From: Anaeramoeba ignava BMAN
Taxonomy: Eukaryota > Protista > Anaeramoebae
Length of the DNA: 64,000 bases
Direction of reading: 5' to 3'
Assembly (NCBI GenBank): GCA_028826165.1
Contig: JAPDFW010000057.1
Span: forward strand, 186,001 to 250,000
Position numbers and translations under genes: made by a program. The notes under the pieces are model-generated. The model was not told where the DNA came from and did not search any database. It saw only the letters and a list, made by a program, of their open reading frames with translations. Numbering within the stretch: the stretch's first letter is position 1; each line of letters opens with the position of its first letter. This document shows positions 48,039-60,800 of this stretch, one piece after another.

Positions 48039-49855
48039 ATGAATGATTGTTTATTTTTTGGTGCAAATGAAAATCCAAAACTTATCAAAAATGAACCAGA
48101 AAAAATAAGAAAGCCAATTCAATTTAAATTTGAAAATGAAAATGAAAATGAAAATGAAAATGAAAATGAAAATGAAAAACAAATTAAACAAATTTCAACA
48201 AGTTATTTTGCAACAATTTTCCTTTTTAAAAATGGAAAAGCAATAGAATATTTAAATAAAAATGTTTCAAATCAAAATCTTCATAAAATCCGAATTGAAA
48301 ATATTCAAAAAGTAACTGTTGGCTATTGGAATGAAGCTATTTTAACAATAGAAGGAAATGTATTTGCCAAAGGAGAAAATATTAATTCAAAAAATAAAAA
48401 TGAATTTATCAATATTTCATCATTAATTGAAGATACAAATGATAGAATAATTGAAGATATTGTTTGTTCTGCTTATTCAATTTACTTATTAACTTCAAAT
48501 CAAAATGTTTACGGAATTGGTTCAAATTATTATGGTCAACTTGGTTTTGATTCTAAAACACTTTATAAAACAGAAAAACCAATTTTAATGATGAAAAATG
48601 TTTCTAAAATATTTTCAGGAAATACTTCAGAATATGTTTTTCTTTTGAATTTAAATCAAGAATTATTTGGATGCGGATTGAATGAATATGGTCAACTTGG
48701 ATTAGGAAAATCAAGAAAAGAAAAAAAAATCCAAAAATTAACCAAAATACAAAATATTCCAAAAGGCAAAATAATTGATATCAAATGTGGATATACTTTT
48801 TCAATAATGTTGATTGAATATGAAAATCAAAACAGAAAAAGAAAACTTTATTCATGTGGTCGTTGTTTGTTTAATGGACTTGGTAAAAATGAAAATGAAG
48901 ATACTTATGAATTTACTGAAATCAAATCATCTTTATTTCGAAATGATAATATTCTTGATTTTTCTGTTGGAAATTTTCATACTTTGATTTTAACAACAAA
49001 TGAAAAATTGATTGGATTTGGAAATAATTATTCTGGTCAATTAGTAAATGAAACTGCAGAATCTCAATTAATTCCAATTCAAATTGAACTTCCTAAATTA
49101 AGATTTAATGAAGATATTTACAATTATCATATTTCTTGTGGGCATTATAATTCATTTTTCTATTATTCTCCTTTTCTTTCTTCTTTTTCCAATCTTGAAG
49201 AAGATTTGATAAAATTATTTAAAGAAAAGAATTTTGTGATATTTCATTTAAAACAGAAAATGGAGAAATAATTGAAGCTCATAAATTAATATTGAAATAT
49301 AGATTAAATCAAAATGAAAACCAAATTGAAAAACTTAAAGAAATTATTTCAAATAAATCAATTAAAGAATCAAATCAAATATTTGAAATGATTTATTCAA
49401 ACAATTCCAAAATAAATCCAAAATTATATTCTGAAATTAAAGAAATTATAAATTCAAATGAAAAAATTGAAGAAACAATGAAAAGAATTTATTTAAATGA
49501 AAATGAAAATGAAAAAGATTTTATAATTGAAAGAAAAGAAAAGCAATATAAATTTCCAAAATTAATATTAATAATGAGAAGTGAATTATATCGAGGAATG
49601 TTTTTATCTGTAACTGAAGATAAATCTAATAAAGTTACAGATTATAGTGAATTAAGTAATAAATCATTTCAAATATTTGAATATTGGATTTATTCAAATC
49701 AAATTAAAGATGAAATTGAAATTACAAAAAGAATGATTAATGAAACCGAAAAAGGAATTGATTATTTTCAATTAAATCAAACAAATCCAAATTTATTTGA
49801 TTTATTAATTAAAAAATTTAATAATCAAAAAAAAGAAAATTGTTTAATTTTTTGA
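48039..49855 (+). CDS. RCC1-BTB copy 2; 1-nt deletion at ~49221; ends in CaaX (CLIF)
   Basis: Paralogous to copy 1; two ORFs join on frameshift correction. Confidence 0.85.
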
Positions 49856-50113
49856 AATTAAAATTAAAATTAAAATTAAAATTAAAATTAAAATTAAAAT
49901 TAAAAATCAAAATTAAAATTAAAATTAAAATCAAAATTAAAATTAAATTTAAAATTAAAATCAAAATTAAAATTAAAATCAAAATTAAAATTAAAATTAA
50001 AATCAAAATTAAAATTAAAATTAAAAATTAAAATCAAAATTAAAATTAAAATTAAAATTAAAATTAAAATTAAAATTCATTTTTCATTTTTTCATTTTTT
50101 TTCTTTTCAAAAA

Positions 50114-51875
50114 ATGAATGATTGTTTATTTTTTGGTCAAAATGAATACCCAATTCTAATAAAAAATGAACCAGATAAAATAACAAAACCAATTCAATTT
50201 AAATTTGAAAATAAAAATGAAAATGAAAATGAAAAAGAAAAACAAATTAAACAAATTTCATCAGGTGGATATTCAACAATTTTCCTTTTTAAAAATGGAA
50301 AAGCAATAGAATATTTAAGAAATTCAAAACAAAATCCTCAAAAAATCCAAATTGGAAAATATTCAAAAAGTAACTGCTAGTAACTGGAATGAAGCTATTT
50401 TAACAATAGAAGGAAATGTATTTGCCAAAGGAAAAGAGATTAATCAAGAAAATACAAAAGAATTTATCAATATTTCATCATTAATTGAAGATACAAATGA
50501 TAGAACAATTCAAGATATTGTTTCTGGATCTTTTTCAATTTACTTATTAACTTCAAATCAAAATGTTTATGGAATTGGTTCAAATCAAGATGATCAAGTT
50601 GTTTTTGATTCTAAAACACTTAAAGCAACACAAAAACCTATTTTAATGATGAAAAATGTTTCTAAAATATTTTCAGGAAATTCTTCAAGTTTTGTTTTTC
50701 TTTTAAATTCAAATCAAGAATTATTTGGATGTGGATATAATTTTTATGGTCAAGTTGGATTAGGAATAAAAGAAACAAAAATCAAAAAATTAACTAAAAT
50801 CCAAAATATTCCAAAAGGTAAAATAATTGATATTCAATGTGGATATTCTCATTCAATAATGTTGATTGAAAATGAAAATGAAAATGAAAATCCAAAAAGA
50901 AAACTTTATTCATGTGGATATCATCAATATAGTGGACTTAATGCATTTGATTATACTTATGAATTTACTGAAATCAAATCATCTTTATTTGAAAATGATG
51001 ATAATATTCTTGAAATTTCTTGTGGATTTGAGCATACTTTGATTTTAACATCAAATAAAAAAATGATAATATTTGGTGATAATGATTTTGGTCAATTAGG
51101 AACTGGAGATACAAAAAATCAACCAATTCCAATTCAAATTGAACTTCCTAAATTAAGATTTAATGAAGATATTTCTAATTATCATGTTTCTTGTGGTGCT
51201 TTCAGATCATTTCTTTATTATTCTCTTCCTTCTTTTTCCAATCTTGAAGAAGATTTGATAAAATTATTCCAAAGAAAAGAATTTTGTGATATTTCATTTA
51301 AAACCAAAAATGGAGAAATAATTGAAGCTCATAAATTAATATTGAAATATAGATTAAATCAAAATCAAAATCAAAATGAAAAACTTCAAGAAATTATTTC
51401 AAATAAATCAATTAAAGAATCAAATCAAATATTTGAAATGATTTATTCAAACAGAATAATAAATCCAATATTATATTCTGAAATTAAAGAAATTATAAAT
51501 TTAAATGAAAAAATTGAAGAAACAATGAAAAGAATTTATTTAAATGAAAATGAAAAAGAAAAAGATTTTATAATTGAAAGAAAAGAAAAACAATATAAAT
51601 TTCCAAAATTAATATTAATAATGAGAAGTGAATTATATCGAGGAATGTTTTTATCTGTAACAGAAGATACTTCTAATAAAGTTACAGATTATAGTGAATT
51701 AAGTAATAAATCATTTCAAATATTTGAATATTGGATTTATTCAAATCAAATTAAAGATGGAATTGAAATTACACAAGAAATTATTGAAGAAATTCAAATT
51801 GGAATTGATTATTTTCAATTAAATCAAACAAATCCAAATTTATTTGATTTATTAATTAACAAATTTAATAATTAA
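50114..51875 (+). CDS. RCC1-BTB copy 3; 1-nt insertion at ~50354
   Basis: attggaaaat versus attgaaaat in paralogues. Confidence 0.85.
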
Positions 51876-52300
51876 AATTAAAATCAAAATTAAAATTAAA
51901 ATTAAAATTAAAATTAAAATTTAAATTAAAATTAAAATTAAAATTAAAATTAAAATTAAAATTAAAATTAAAATCAAAATTAAAATTAAAATTAAAATTA
52001 AAATTAAAATTAAAATTAAAATTAAAATTAAAATTAAATTTAAAATTAAAATTAAAATTAAAATTAAAATTAAAATTAAAATTAAAATTAAAATTAAAAT
52101 TAAAATCAAAATTAAAATCAAAATTAAAATTAAAATTAAATTTAAAATCAAAATCAAAATTAAAATTAAAATTAAAATCAAAATTAAAATTAAAATTAAA
52201 ATTAAAATTAAAATTAAAACTAAAATTAAAATTAAAATTAAAATTAAAATTAAAATTAAAATTAAAATTAAAATCAAAACTAAAATTAAAATTAAAATTA
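51876..52300. repeat. (AAAATT)n spacer between RCC1-BTB copies (similar spacers at 47862-47995 and 49856-50075)
   Basis: Directly visible. Confidence 0.9.
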
Positions 52301-52445
52301 GATGGTAAAATGGTTAATTTTTTAGAATTAAAATCAAACTTAAAATTGGAAAAAATTTTTCTTTATTAAAAATTATTTTGATCATTTGGGCAAATTCCCA
52401 ACATTCAAAAAAAAAATTTTTCATTCATTTTTTTCATTTTCAAAA

Positions 52446-54314
52446 ATGAATAAAATTTTATTTTTTGGTCAAAATGATGAACCAATAATTTTCCAAAACA
52501 AACCAAATTCAATAACGAAACCAATTCAAATTAAATTTAAAAATGAAAAACAAAATGAAAATGAAAATGAAAATGAAAATGAAAATGAAAATGAAAATGA
52601 AAATGAAAAACAAATTAAACAAATTTCATCAAGCAAATTTTCAACAATTTTCCTTTTTGAAAATGGAAAAGCAATAGAATATTTAAATAAAAATGATTCA
52701 AATCAAAATCCTCAAAAAATCCAAATTGAAAATATTCAAAAAGTAACTGTTGGCTCTCACAATGAAACTATTTTAACAATAGAAGGAAATGTATTTGGCA
52801 AAGGAGGATATATTAATTCAAAAAATAAAAATGAATTTATCAATATTTCATCATTAATTGAAGATATAAATGATAGAATAATTCAAGATATTGTTTCTGG
52901 ATCTTATACAATTTACTTATTAACTTCAAATCAAAATGCTTATGGAATTGGTTCAAATTCTGATGGTGAACTTGGTTTAGATTCTGAAATACTTAAAAAT
53001 ACAGAAAAACCAATTTTGATGATGAAAAATGTTTCTAAAATATTTTCAGGAACTGATTCAAATTTTGTTTTTCTTTTAAATTCAAATCAAGAATTATTTG
53101 GATCAGGATATAATAGATATGGTCAACTTGGATTAGGAGAATCAAGAATAGAAAGAAAAATCCAAAAATTAACCAAAATCCAAAATATTCCAAAAAGCAA
53201 AATAATTGATATTCAATGTGGATGTTGGTATTCAATAATGTTGATTGAAAATGAAAATGAAAATCCAAAAAGAAAACTTTATTCATGTGGAGATTATGGA
53301 TATAATGGACTTGGTAAAGGCGAAAATGTACATACTTATGAATTTACTGAAATCAAATCATCTTTATTTGAAAATGATAATATTCTTGATTTTTCTGTTG
53401 GATGCTTCCATACTTTGATTTTAACTTCTAATTCAAAATTGATAGGATTTGGACAGAATTTATATGGTCAATTAGGAGCTGGAGATACAATAAGTCAATC
53501 AATTCCAATTCAAATTGAACTTCCTAAATTAAGATTTAATGAAGATATTTCTAATTATCATGTTTCTTGTGGAGAATATAATTCATTTCTTTATTATTCT
53601 CCTTTTATTTCTCCTTTTTCCAATCTTGAAGAAGATTTGATAAAATTATTTAGAAGAAAAGAATTTTGTGATATTTCATTTAAAACCAGAAAATGGAAGA
53701 AATAATTGAAGCTCATAAATTAATATTGAAATACAGATTAAAAGATGAAAATCAAATTGAAAAACTTCAAGAAATTATTTCAAATAAATCAATTAAAGAA
53801 TCTAAATCAAATATTTGAAATGATTTATTCAAACAGATCCAAAATAAATCCAAAATTATATTCTGAAATTAAAGAAATTATAAATTTAAATGAAAAAATA
53901 GAAGAAACAATGAAAAGAATTTATTTAAATGAAAATGAAAATGAAAATGAAAAAGATTTTATAATTGAAAGAAAAGAAAAACAATATAAATTTCCAAAAT
54001 TAATATTAATAATGAGAAGTGAATTATATCGAGAAATGTTTTTATCTGTAACAAATGATAAATCTAATAAAGTTACAGATTATAGTGAATTAAGTGATAA
54101 ATCATTTCAAATATTTGAATATTGGACTTATTCAAATCAAATTAAAGAAGAAATTCGAATTACAAAAAGAATGATTAATGAAATTAAAATTGGAATTGAT
54201 TATTTTCAATTAAATCAAACAAATCCAAATTTATTTGATTTATTAGTTAAGAAATTTAATAATCAAAATCAAAAAAAGAAAGAAAATAAGAAAGAAAGTT
54301 GTTTAATTTTTTAA
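52446..54314 (+). CDS. RCC1-BTB copy 4; three 1-nt insertions (~53689, ~53698, ~53803); ends in CaaX (CLIF)
   Basis: Alignment by eye to copies 1 and 5. Confidence 0.82.
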
Positions 54315-54387
54315 ATAAGAATCAAAATTAAAATTTAAATTAAAATAAAATTCATTTTTCATTTTTTCATTTTTTTTCTTTTCTAAA

Positions 54388-56142
54388 ATGAATGATTGTT
54401 TATTTTTTGGTTATAATAAAAATCCAATTCTTTTCAAAAATGAACCAGATTCAATAACGAAACCAATTCAATTTAAATTTGAAAATGAAAATGAAAATGA
54501 AAATGAAAATGAAAATGAAAAACAAATTAAACAAATTTCATCAGGTTATTTTTCAACAATTTTCCTTTTTAAAAATGGAAAAGCAATAGAATATTTAAAT
54601 GAAGATGATTCAAAACAAAATCCTAAAAAAATCCAAATTGAAAATATTCAAAAAGTAACTGTTGGTTCTGATAATGAAGCTATTTTAACAATAGAAGGAA
54701 ATGTATTCGCCAAAGGAAAAGATATTAATTCAGAAAATCCAAAAGAATTTATCAATATTTCATCATTAATTGAAGATATAAATGATAGAATAATTCAAGA
54801 TATTGTTTCTGGATACAGTTCAATTTATTTATTAACTTCAAATCAAAATGTTTATGGAATTGGTTCAAATGAATATAGTCAACTTGGTTTTGATTCTGAA
54901 ACACTTGAAAATACAGAAAAACCAATTTTAATGATGAAAAATGTTTCTAAAATATTTTCAGGAAATAATTCAAATTTTGTTTTTCTTTTAAATTCAAATC
55001 AAGAATTATTTGGATGCGGTGAGAATGAATATGGTCAACTTGGATTAGGAGAATCAAGAAAAGAAGAAACAAAAATCCAAAATATTCCAAAAGGTAAAAT
55101 AATTGATATTCAATGTGGATATGCTCATTCAATAATGTTGATTGAAAATGAAGATGAAAATGAAAATCCAAAAAGAAAACTTTATTCATGTGGAGATTGT
55201 CTATATAATGGACTTGGCAAAAATGAAAATATTTATGAATTTACTGAAATCAAATCATCTTTATTTGAAAATGATAATATTCTTGATTTTTCTGCTGGAT
55301 GTTTCCATACTTTGATTTTAACTTCCAAAAGCAAATTGATAGGATTTGGATATAACGATTATGGCCAATTAGGAATTGGAAATATATATAAAAGATTAAT
55401 TCCAATTCAAATTGAACTTCCTAAATTAAGATTTAATGAAAATATTTCTAATTATCATCTTTCTTGTGGAGATTCCAATTCATTTATTTATTATTCTCCT
55501 TCTTTTTCCAATCTTGAAGAAGATTTGATAAAATTATTTGAAAGAAAAGAATTTTGTGATATTTCATTTAAAACCAAAAATGGAGAAATAATTGAAGCTC
55601 ATAAATTAATATTGAAATATAGATTAAAAGATCAAAACCAAATTGAAAAACTTCAAGAAATTATTTCAAAAAAATCAATTAAAGAATCAAATCAAATATT
55701 TGAAATGATTTATTCAAACAGAATAATAAATCCAAAATTATATTCTGAAATTAAAGAAATTATAAATTTAAATGAAAAAATTGAAGAAACAATTAAAAGA
55801 ATTTATTTAAATGAAAATGAAAAAGATTTTATTATTGAAAGAAAAGAAAAACAATATAAATTTCCAAAATTAATATTAATAATGAGAAGTGAATTGTATC
55901 GAGGAATGTTTTTATCTGTAACTGAAGATAAATCTAATAAAGTTACAGATTATAGTGAATTAAGTAATGAATCATTTCAAATATTTGAATATTGGATTTA
56001 TTCAAATCAAATTAAAGAAGAAATCAAAATTACAAAAGAAATAATTGAAGAAATTGAAATTGGAATTGATTATTTTCAATTAAATCAAACAAATCCAAAT
56101 TTATTTGATTTATTAGTTAAGAAATTTAATTATCAAAATTAA
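54388..56142 (+). CDS. RCC1-BTB copy 5 (intact)
   Basis: Full ORF, paralogous to copy 1. Confidence 0.9.
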   Translation: MNDCLFFGYNKNPILFKNEPDSITKPIQFKFENENENENENENEKQIKQISSGYFSTIFLFKNGKAIEYLNEDDSKQNPKKIQIENIQKVTVGSDNEAILTIEGNVFAKGKDINSENPKEFINISSLIEDINDRIIQDIVSGYSSIYLLTSNQNVYGIGSNEYSQLGFDSETLENTEKPILMMKNVSKIFSGNNSNFVFLLNSNQELFGCGENEYGQLGLGESRKEETKIQNIPKGKIIDIQCGYAHSIMLIENEDENENPKRKLYSCGDCLYNGLGKNENIYEFTEIKSSLFENDNILDFSAGCFHTLILTSKSKLIGFGYNDYGQLGIGNIYKRLIPIQIELPKLRFNENISNYHLSCGDSNSFIYYSPSFSNLEEDLIKLFERKEFCDISFKTKNGEIIEAHKLILKYRLKDQNQIEKLQEIISKKSIKESNQIFEMIYSNRIINPKLYSEIKEIINLNEKIEETIKRIYLNENEKDFIIERKEKQYKFPKLILIMRSELYRGMFLSVTEDKSNKVTDYSELSNESFQIFEYWIYSNQIKEEIKITKEIIEEIEIGIDYFQLNQTNPNLFDLLVKKFNYQN

Positions 56143-56178
56143 AACTAAAATTTCTTTTCTTCTCCTTTTTTGGTTTAA

Positions 56179-57816
56179 TTAAATTTCATCTTCTTTTCCA
56201 ATATCTAACGGAATATCAATGATTTCTTCTTCTAAACAATTTTCGAAATTTAAATATTGTTGAACTAAAGGATCTTTTTGGATTGTTTTAATATCAAGAA
56301 AATCTTTTTCTTCATTCTCAATGTTTCTTGGTTTTGGGATAACATCTTTGACTTGCTCTCTTTCAGTTAATTCTGTAAACCATGATCCAAAACCACGCCA
56401 ATTATTTTGAGCCATTGGAGCCCATGTACAAACAAAGTTTTCAGAACAAGTAACAATGATATCAAATCTTGGATGAAACTAAATTGAATTAAATTAAATT
56501 AAATTGAATTAAATTGAATTATTTTTTGATTTTTGATTTGTAAATGAAACAAACAACAATATCATGAATTCCTTTATCAGAACTTTTATCAGAAACAATT
56601 TTTATCAATTCACGATTTCTTATTGACCAAAAATAAATCAAATGATCTTGTGATGAGCCTGAAATAAAAATAATTATAAAAATAATAATAAAATCCAAAA
56701 GGAAAAGATTAAATATTTTTGATATTTGTTTCTGTTTTGTTTTGTTTTGTTTTGTTTTTTGGAAAATTCAACCTGAAACAACATATTCTCCATTTTCATG
56801 AATTAAAACTTTTGTCCAACTTCTTTTTTCCACAAAATCAAAGAATTCATGAATTTTTGATTGTGTAGTTAAATCAATAACATGAATTTTTTTTTCTTTC
56901 CCATTAATTAATAAAATATCTTCATTTCTTGAAATTGAGAGATTTAAAGGTTCTGTTTTCGGGATTTCAAACAAATTCAAAATCTACGAAATAATTGTAA
57001 TAATAATATAAATATAAATATAAATATCAAAAATAATCAAATTTGTTTTTTGTTCATTTCCAAAATTTCCTACTTCAAAAGAATTTGAATCCCAAATTTC
57101 AATTTTTGAATTATTAACATAATAAATTCTATCTCCTTTTGGAGAGAATATTGCCTGTTGAAAAATCTGTATTTTCCCACGAATAGTAGTAGGTTTTCTT
57201 TTTCTAATTTTCTTTTTGGGTTGATTGTTTAAATCTTTATTAAGTGGAAATAATTTGTATTTGAAGTCAATTAAAGAATCCTTTTCTGGTTTTGTTTTTT
57301 GAGAAGAATAATTTTGTGGAGGAAATAATTGAAGAACTGAAGGTGTTTCTGAGCTACTTGTGATTAAATATTTATTATTATCAATAGGATGTTTTTCAAT
57401 AAAAGTAATTTCTTGTTGAATATTTAGTTTTGCAACAAATTCTGAATTTAAAATGTCCCAAATAAACAGTATTTTTTGTGAATTTGCAAATATAATTTCT
57501 CTTCCATCAAGTCTCCATTCAATAGAAATTATTTTTTTGATTCTGTTTTCTTTTGTGTTTTCCAAGTATTTTATCATATTTAATGTGTCAAAATCCCAGA
57601 TTGCAATTGTTGAGTCTTGGAAAACTACTGCAAGTAAAGTTCCTAATCGATTAAATTTTAAAAGTGAAAATTTTTGTTTTGTTCTTTCAACTTCATGTTC
57701 AATTTCAGAAGGAAGAAAGTTTTTTGAGAAATCTTTATAAAATATAAATATAAATTTAAATATAATTGAAAATGATTAAAATATTTTTTGGATTTACCTT
57801 TTAATAACAAATTCAT
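56179..57816 (-). CDS. RBBP5: Retinoblastoma-binding protein 5 / Swd1 (COMPASS WD40 subunit), 5 exons
   Basis: MNLLLK|DF..FNRLGTLLAV..IAIWDFDT; C-terminal NWRGFGSWFTEL resembles NWSAFAPDFKEL. Introns are GT-AG and in phase. Confidence 0.8.
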
Positions 57817-57820
57817 TTTA

Positions 57821-57857
57821 AAATGAAAAAATGAAAAAATGAAAAAATGAAAAAAAT
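57821..57857 (-). promoter_or_regulatory. Tandem initiator-like motif (TCATTTTT)x4 just upstream of RBBP5; representative of a motif found before most genes
   Basis: The same strand-oriented motif recurs upstream of at least 15 start codons in the window. Confidence 0.65.
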
Positions 57858-57886
57858 TTCAAAAAAAAAATTTCAATTATTATTCT

Positions 57887-60800
57887 TCATTTATCCAATA
57901 TATCATCTACAGTTCGGATTTGATTAAATAATATTTTCCCTTTTTGTTTTTCTCTTTCTCTTTTTCTTCTTTCTCTTTCTCTTTCAATTTTTTGTTTATT
58001 TTCATTTCCTTGTTTTTTTTCTTCTTGTGATTCAAAATTATTAATCATTTTTAATACTTGTTCATTTTGTAATTTTAATTTATTTTCTTTTTTCTGATTT
58101 GGATTTGGATTATTTTTAAAGTTTTTAAAGGTTTTTGATTTTGGTTCATTTTGTAATTTTAAATTTGGTTCTTTTTTTTCAATTTTCATTTGATTTGGAT
58201 TTGTTTGTGAATTATTCAATTTTTTTATTTGCTTTAATTTTGGTTTTTGTTCATTTTTTTTTAAAATTTGTTTATTTTGATTTGTATTTTGATTTTGATT
58301 TTGATTTTGATTTATATATTGATTTTGATTTTGATATTGATTTATATTTTGATTTTGATTTTGATTTTGATTTTGATTTATATTTTGATTTTGATATTGA
58401 TATTGATTTTGATACTGATATTGATTTGGATTATTTTTAAAGTTTTTAAAGGTTTTTGATTTTGGTTCATTTTGTAATTTTAAATTTGTTTCTTTTTTTT
58501 CAATTTTCATTTGATTTGGATTTGTTTGTAAATTATTCAATTTTTTTATTTGCTTTAATTTTGGTTTTTGTTCCTCTCTTTCCGTTTCTTCAAGTTCTTT
58601 CCACATTAAATCCATATCAGATGCAGTTATATTTTTTTGAATTTTGTTTTGATTTTGATTTTGATTTTTATTTTTATTTTGATTTTGATTTTCTTTTTAT
58701 TTTCTTTTTATCTTTAATTTTTTGGTTTTTTTTTGGGATCATTTGTAAATTATTTTTTTCAATTTCCATTTTTTGGTTATTTTGTTTTTCAATATATTCT
58801 TTTAATAAAATCCAAGTTTTTTCATTTAAATTTGCAATATTAAGTTTGAGTTCTCCTTTTCTTTGATTTTTATTTTTACCAATTTCGGGCATTCCTTGCA
58901 TAACTATTGATGTAATAATCTTGATTGGTATTGTTTTAATTTGTTTAATTATTTGATTTTTTTCTTGTTGAGTCAATTTTGGTTTTTCTTTTTCTTTTTC
59001 TTTTTGATTTTGATTTTGATTTTGATTTTGATTTTGATTTTGATTTTGATTTTGATTTTGATTTTGATTTTGATTTTGATTTTGATTTTGATTTTGATTT
59101 TGATTTTGATTTTGATTTTGATTTTGATTTTGATTTTGATTTTGAATTTGATTTTGATTTTGATTTTGATTTTGATTTTGATTTTGAATTTGGTTGTTTT
59201 CTTTTTCTTTTTCTTTTTCTTTTTCTTTTTCTTTTTCTTTTTCTTTTTGATTTTGATTTTGATTTTGATTTTGATTTTGATTTTGATTTTGATTTTGATT
59301 TTGATTTTGAATTTGGTATTGAATTTGGTTGTTTTCTTTTTCTTTTTGATTTTGAATTTGGTTATTTTCTTTTTCTTTTTCTTTTTTGATTTTGATTTTG
59401 AATATTATGATGTTTTTTTTTGATATTTTCTTTTTGATTTTATTTTTGGTTTTGTTGATTTTGTTGAATATTTTGAATATTTTGGATATTTTGATTTATT
59501 TTTTGATGATTTTGATTTATTTTTTGATGATTTTGTTGAATATTTTGGAGATTTTGGATATTTTTTCTTTTTCTTTTGATTTTTGTGGATATTTTCTTTT
59601 TTTTTCTTTTTGATTTTTGGATTTTTTGAATATTTTTGATTTATTTTGGATATTTTGATTTATTTTTTGATGATTTTGTTGAATATTTTGAATATTTTGA
59701 ATATTTTGAATATTTTCTTTTTCTTTTTTTTGTTGATGATTTTGTTGATTTTGATTTATTTTTTGATGATTTTGTTGAATATTTTGAATATTTTGAATAT
59801 TTTCTTTTTCTTTTTTTTGTTGATGATTTTGTTGAATATTTTGAATATTTTCTTTTTCTTTTTGATTTTGGATATTTTGATGATTTTGATTTATTTTTTG
59901 TTGATTTTGTTGAATATTTTGAATATTTTGAATATTTTTTTTTTTTTGATTTTTTGATTTTGTTGAATATTTTGAAGATTTTGATTTATTTTTTGATGAT
60001 TTTGTTGAATTTTTTTTTGATTTTGGATATTTTCTTTTTCTTTTTTGATTTTGGATATTTTGATTTCCTTGTTTTGATTTGTCTTCTCCGTTTATAGATT
60101 TATTATATTTTTCTGGATTTTCTCTTTGTATATCACTTTCTTTTTTAATTCCATGTTTTCTTTCTCTTGGTTTTTTTGTATTTTGTTCAACACTTTTTAG
60201 ATCTTCTGATTCAGTTTTTTTTCTTTTAGAATATTTTTTTCTTTTTTTCTTCTCTTTTTTTATTTGTTTTTTTAATCGTTTTTGATCATTAATTTTTTTT
60301 TCTTCTATCTTTTGTTGAAATGAATTGGCAGTTTTAACCAAAAAAGAAATTAATTGATTCCAATTTTTTTGTGTAGAAAATTCTTCAAATTGGAATAGAA
60401 AATTAACTGAAGGTTGTTTTAATTGTTTGATTTGATTAGTTTGATTTAATTGATTTTGATTTAAATTTAATAAATTTGATGATTGTTTTTTTTGTTGAGA
60501 ATTTTCCAAGATCATTCCTTTATGGAAATTTGAAAAAATAATGAGAAATCTAAGATAGCTTATACAAGAAAATAATTTATTCATTAAAATAAGCATTTCT
60601 TGAATTTTAGAAATAATTTTATCTTCATCTTCATCCTCATTTTCCATTTCCATTTCGATTTGATTTTGATTTTGATTTTGAATTTTATTTTGATTTTGAA
60701 TTTTATTTTGATTTTGAATTTGATTTTGATTTTGATTTTGATTTTGATTTAATTGATTTAATTGATATTGATATTCATTTTGATTTAATTGATTTAATTG

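Noticed and set aside
49215-53810. RCC1-BTB copies 2-4 as pseudogenes
   Set aside because: Only isolated 1-nt indels, no accumulated nonsense changes, in an assembly with many similar indels. Cannot be excluded without reads.
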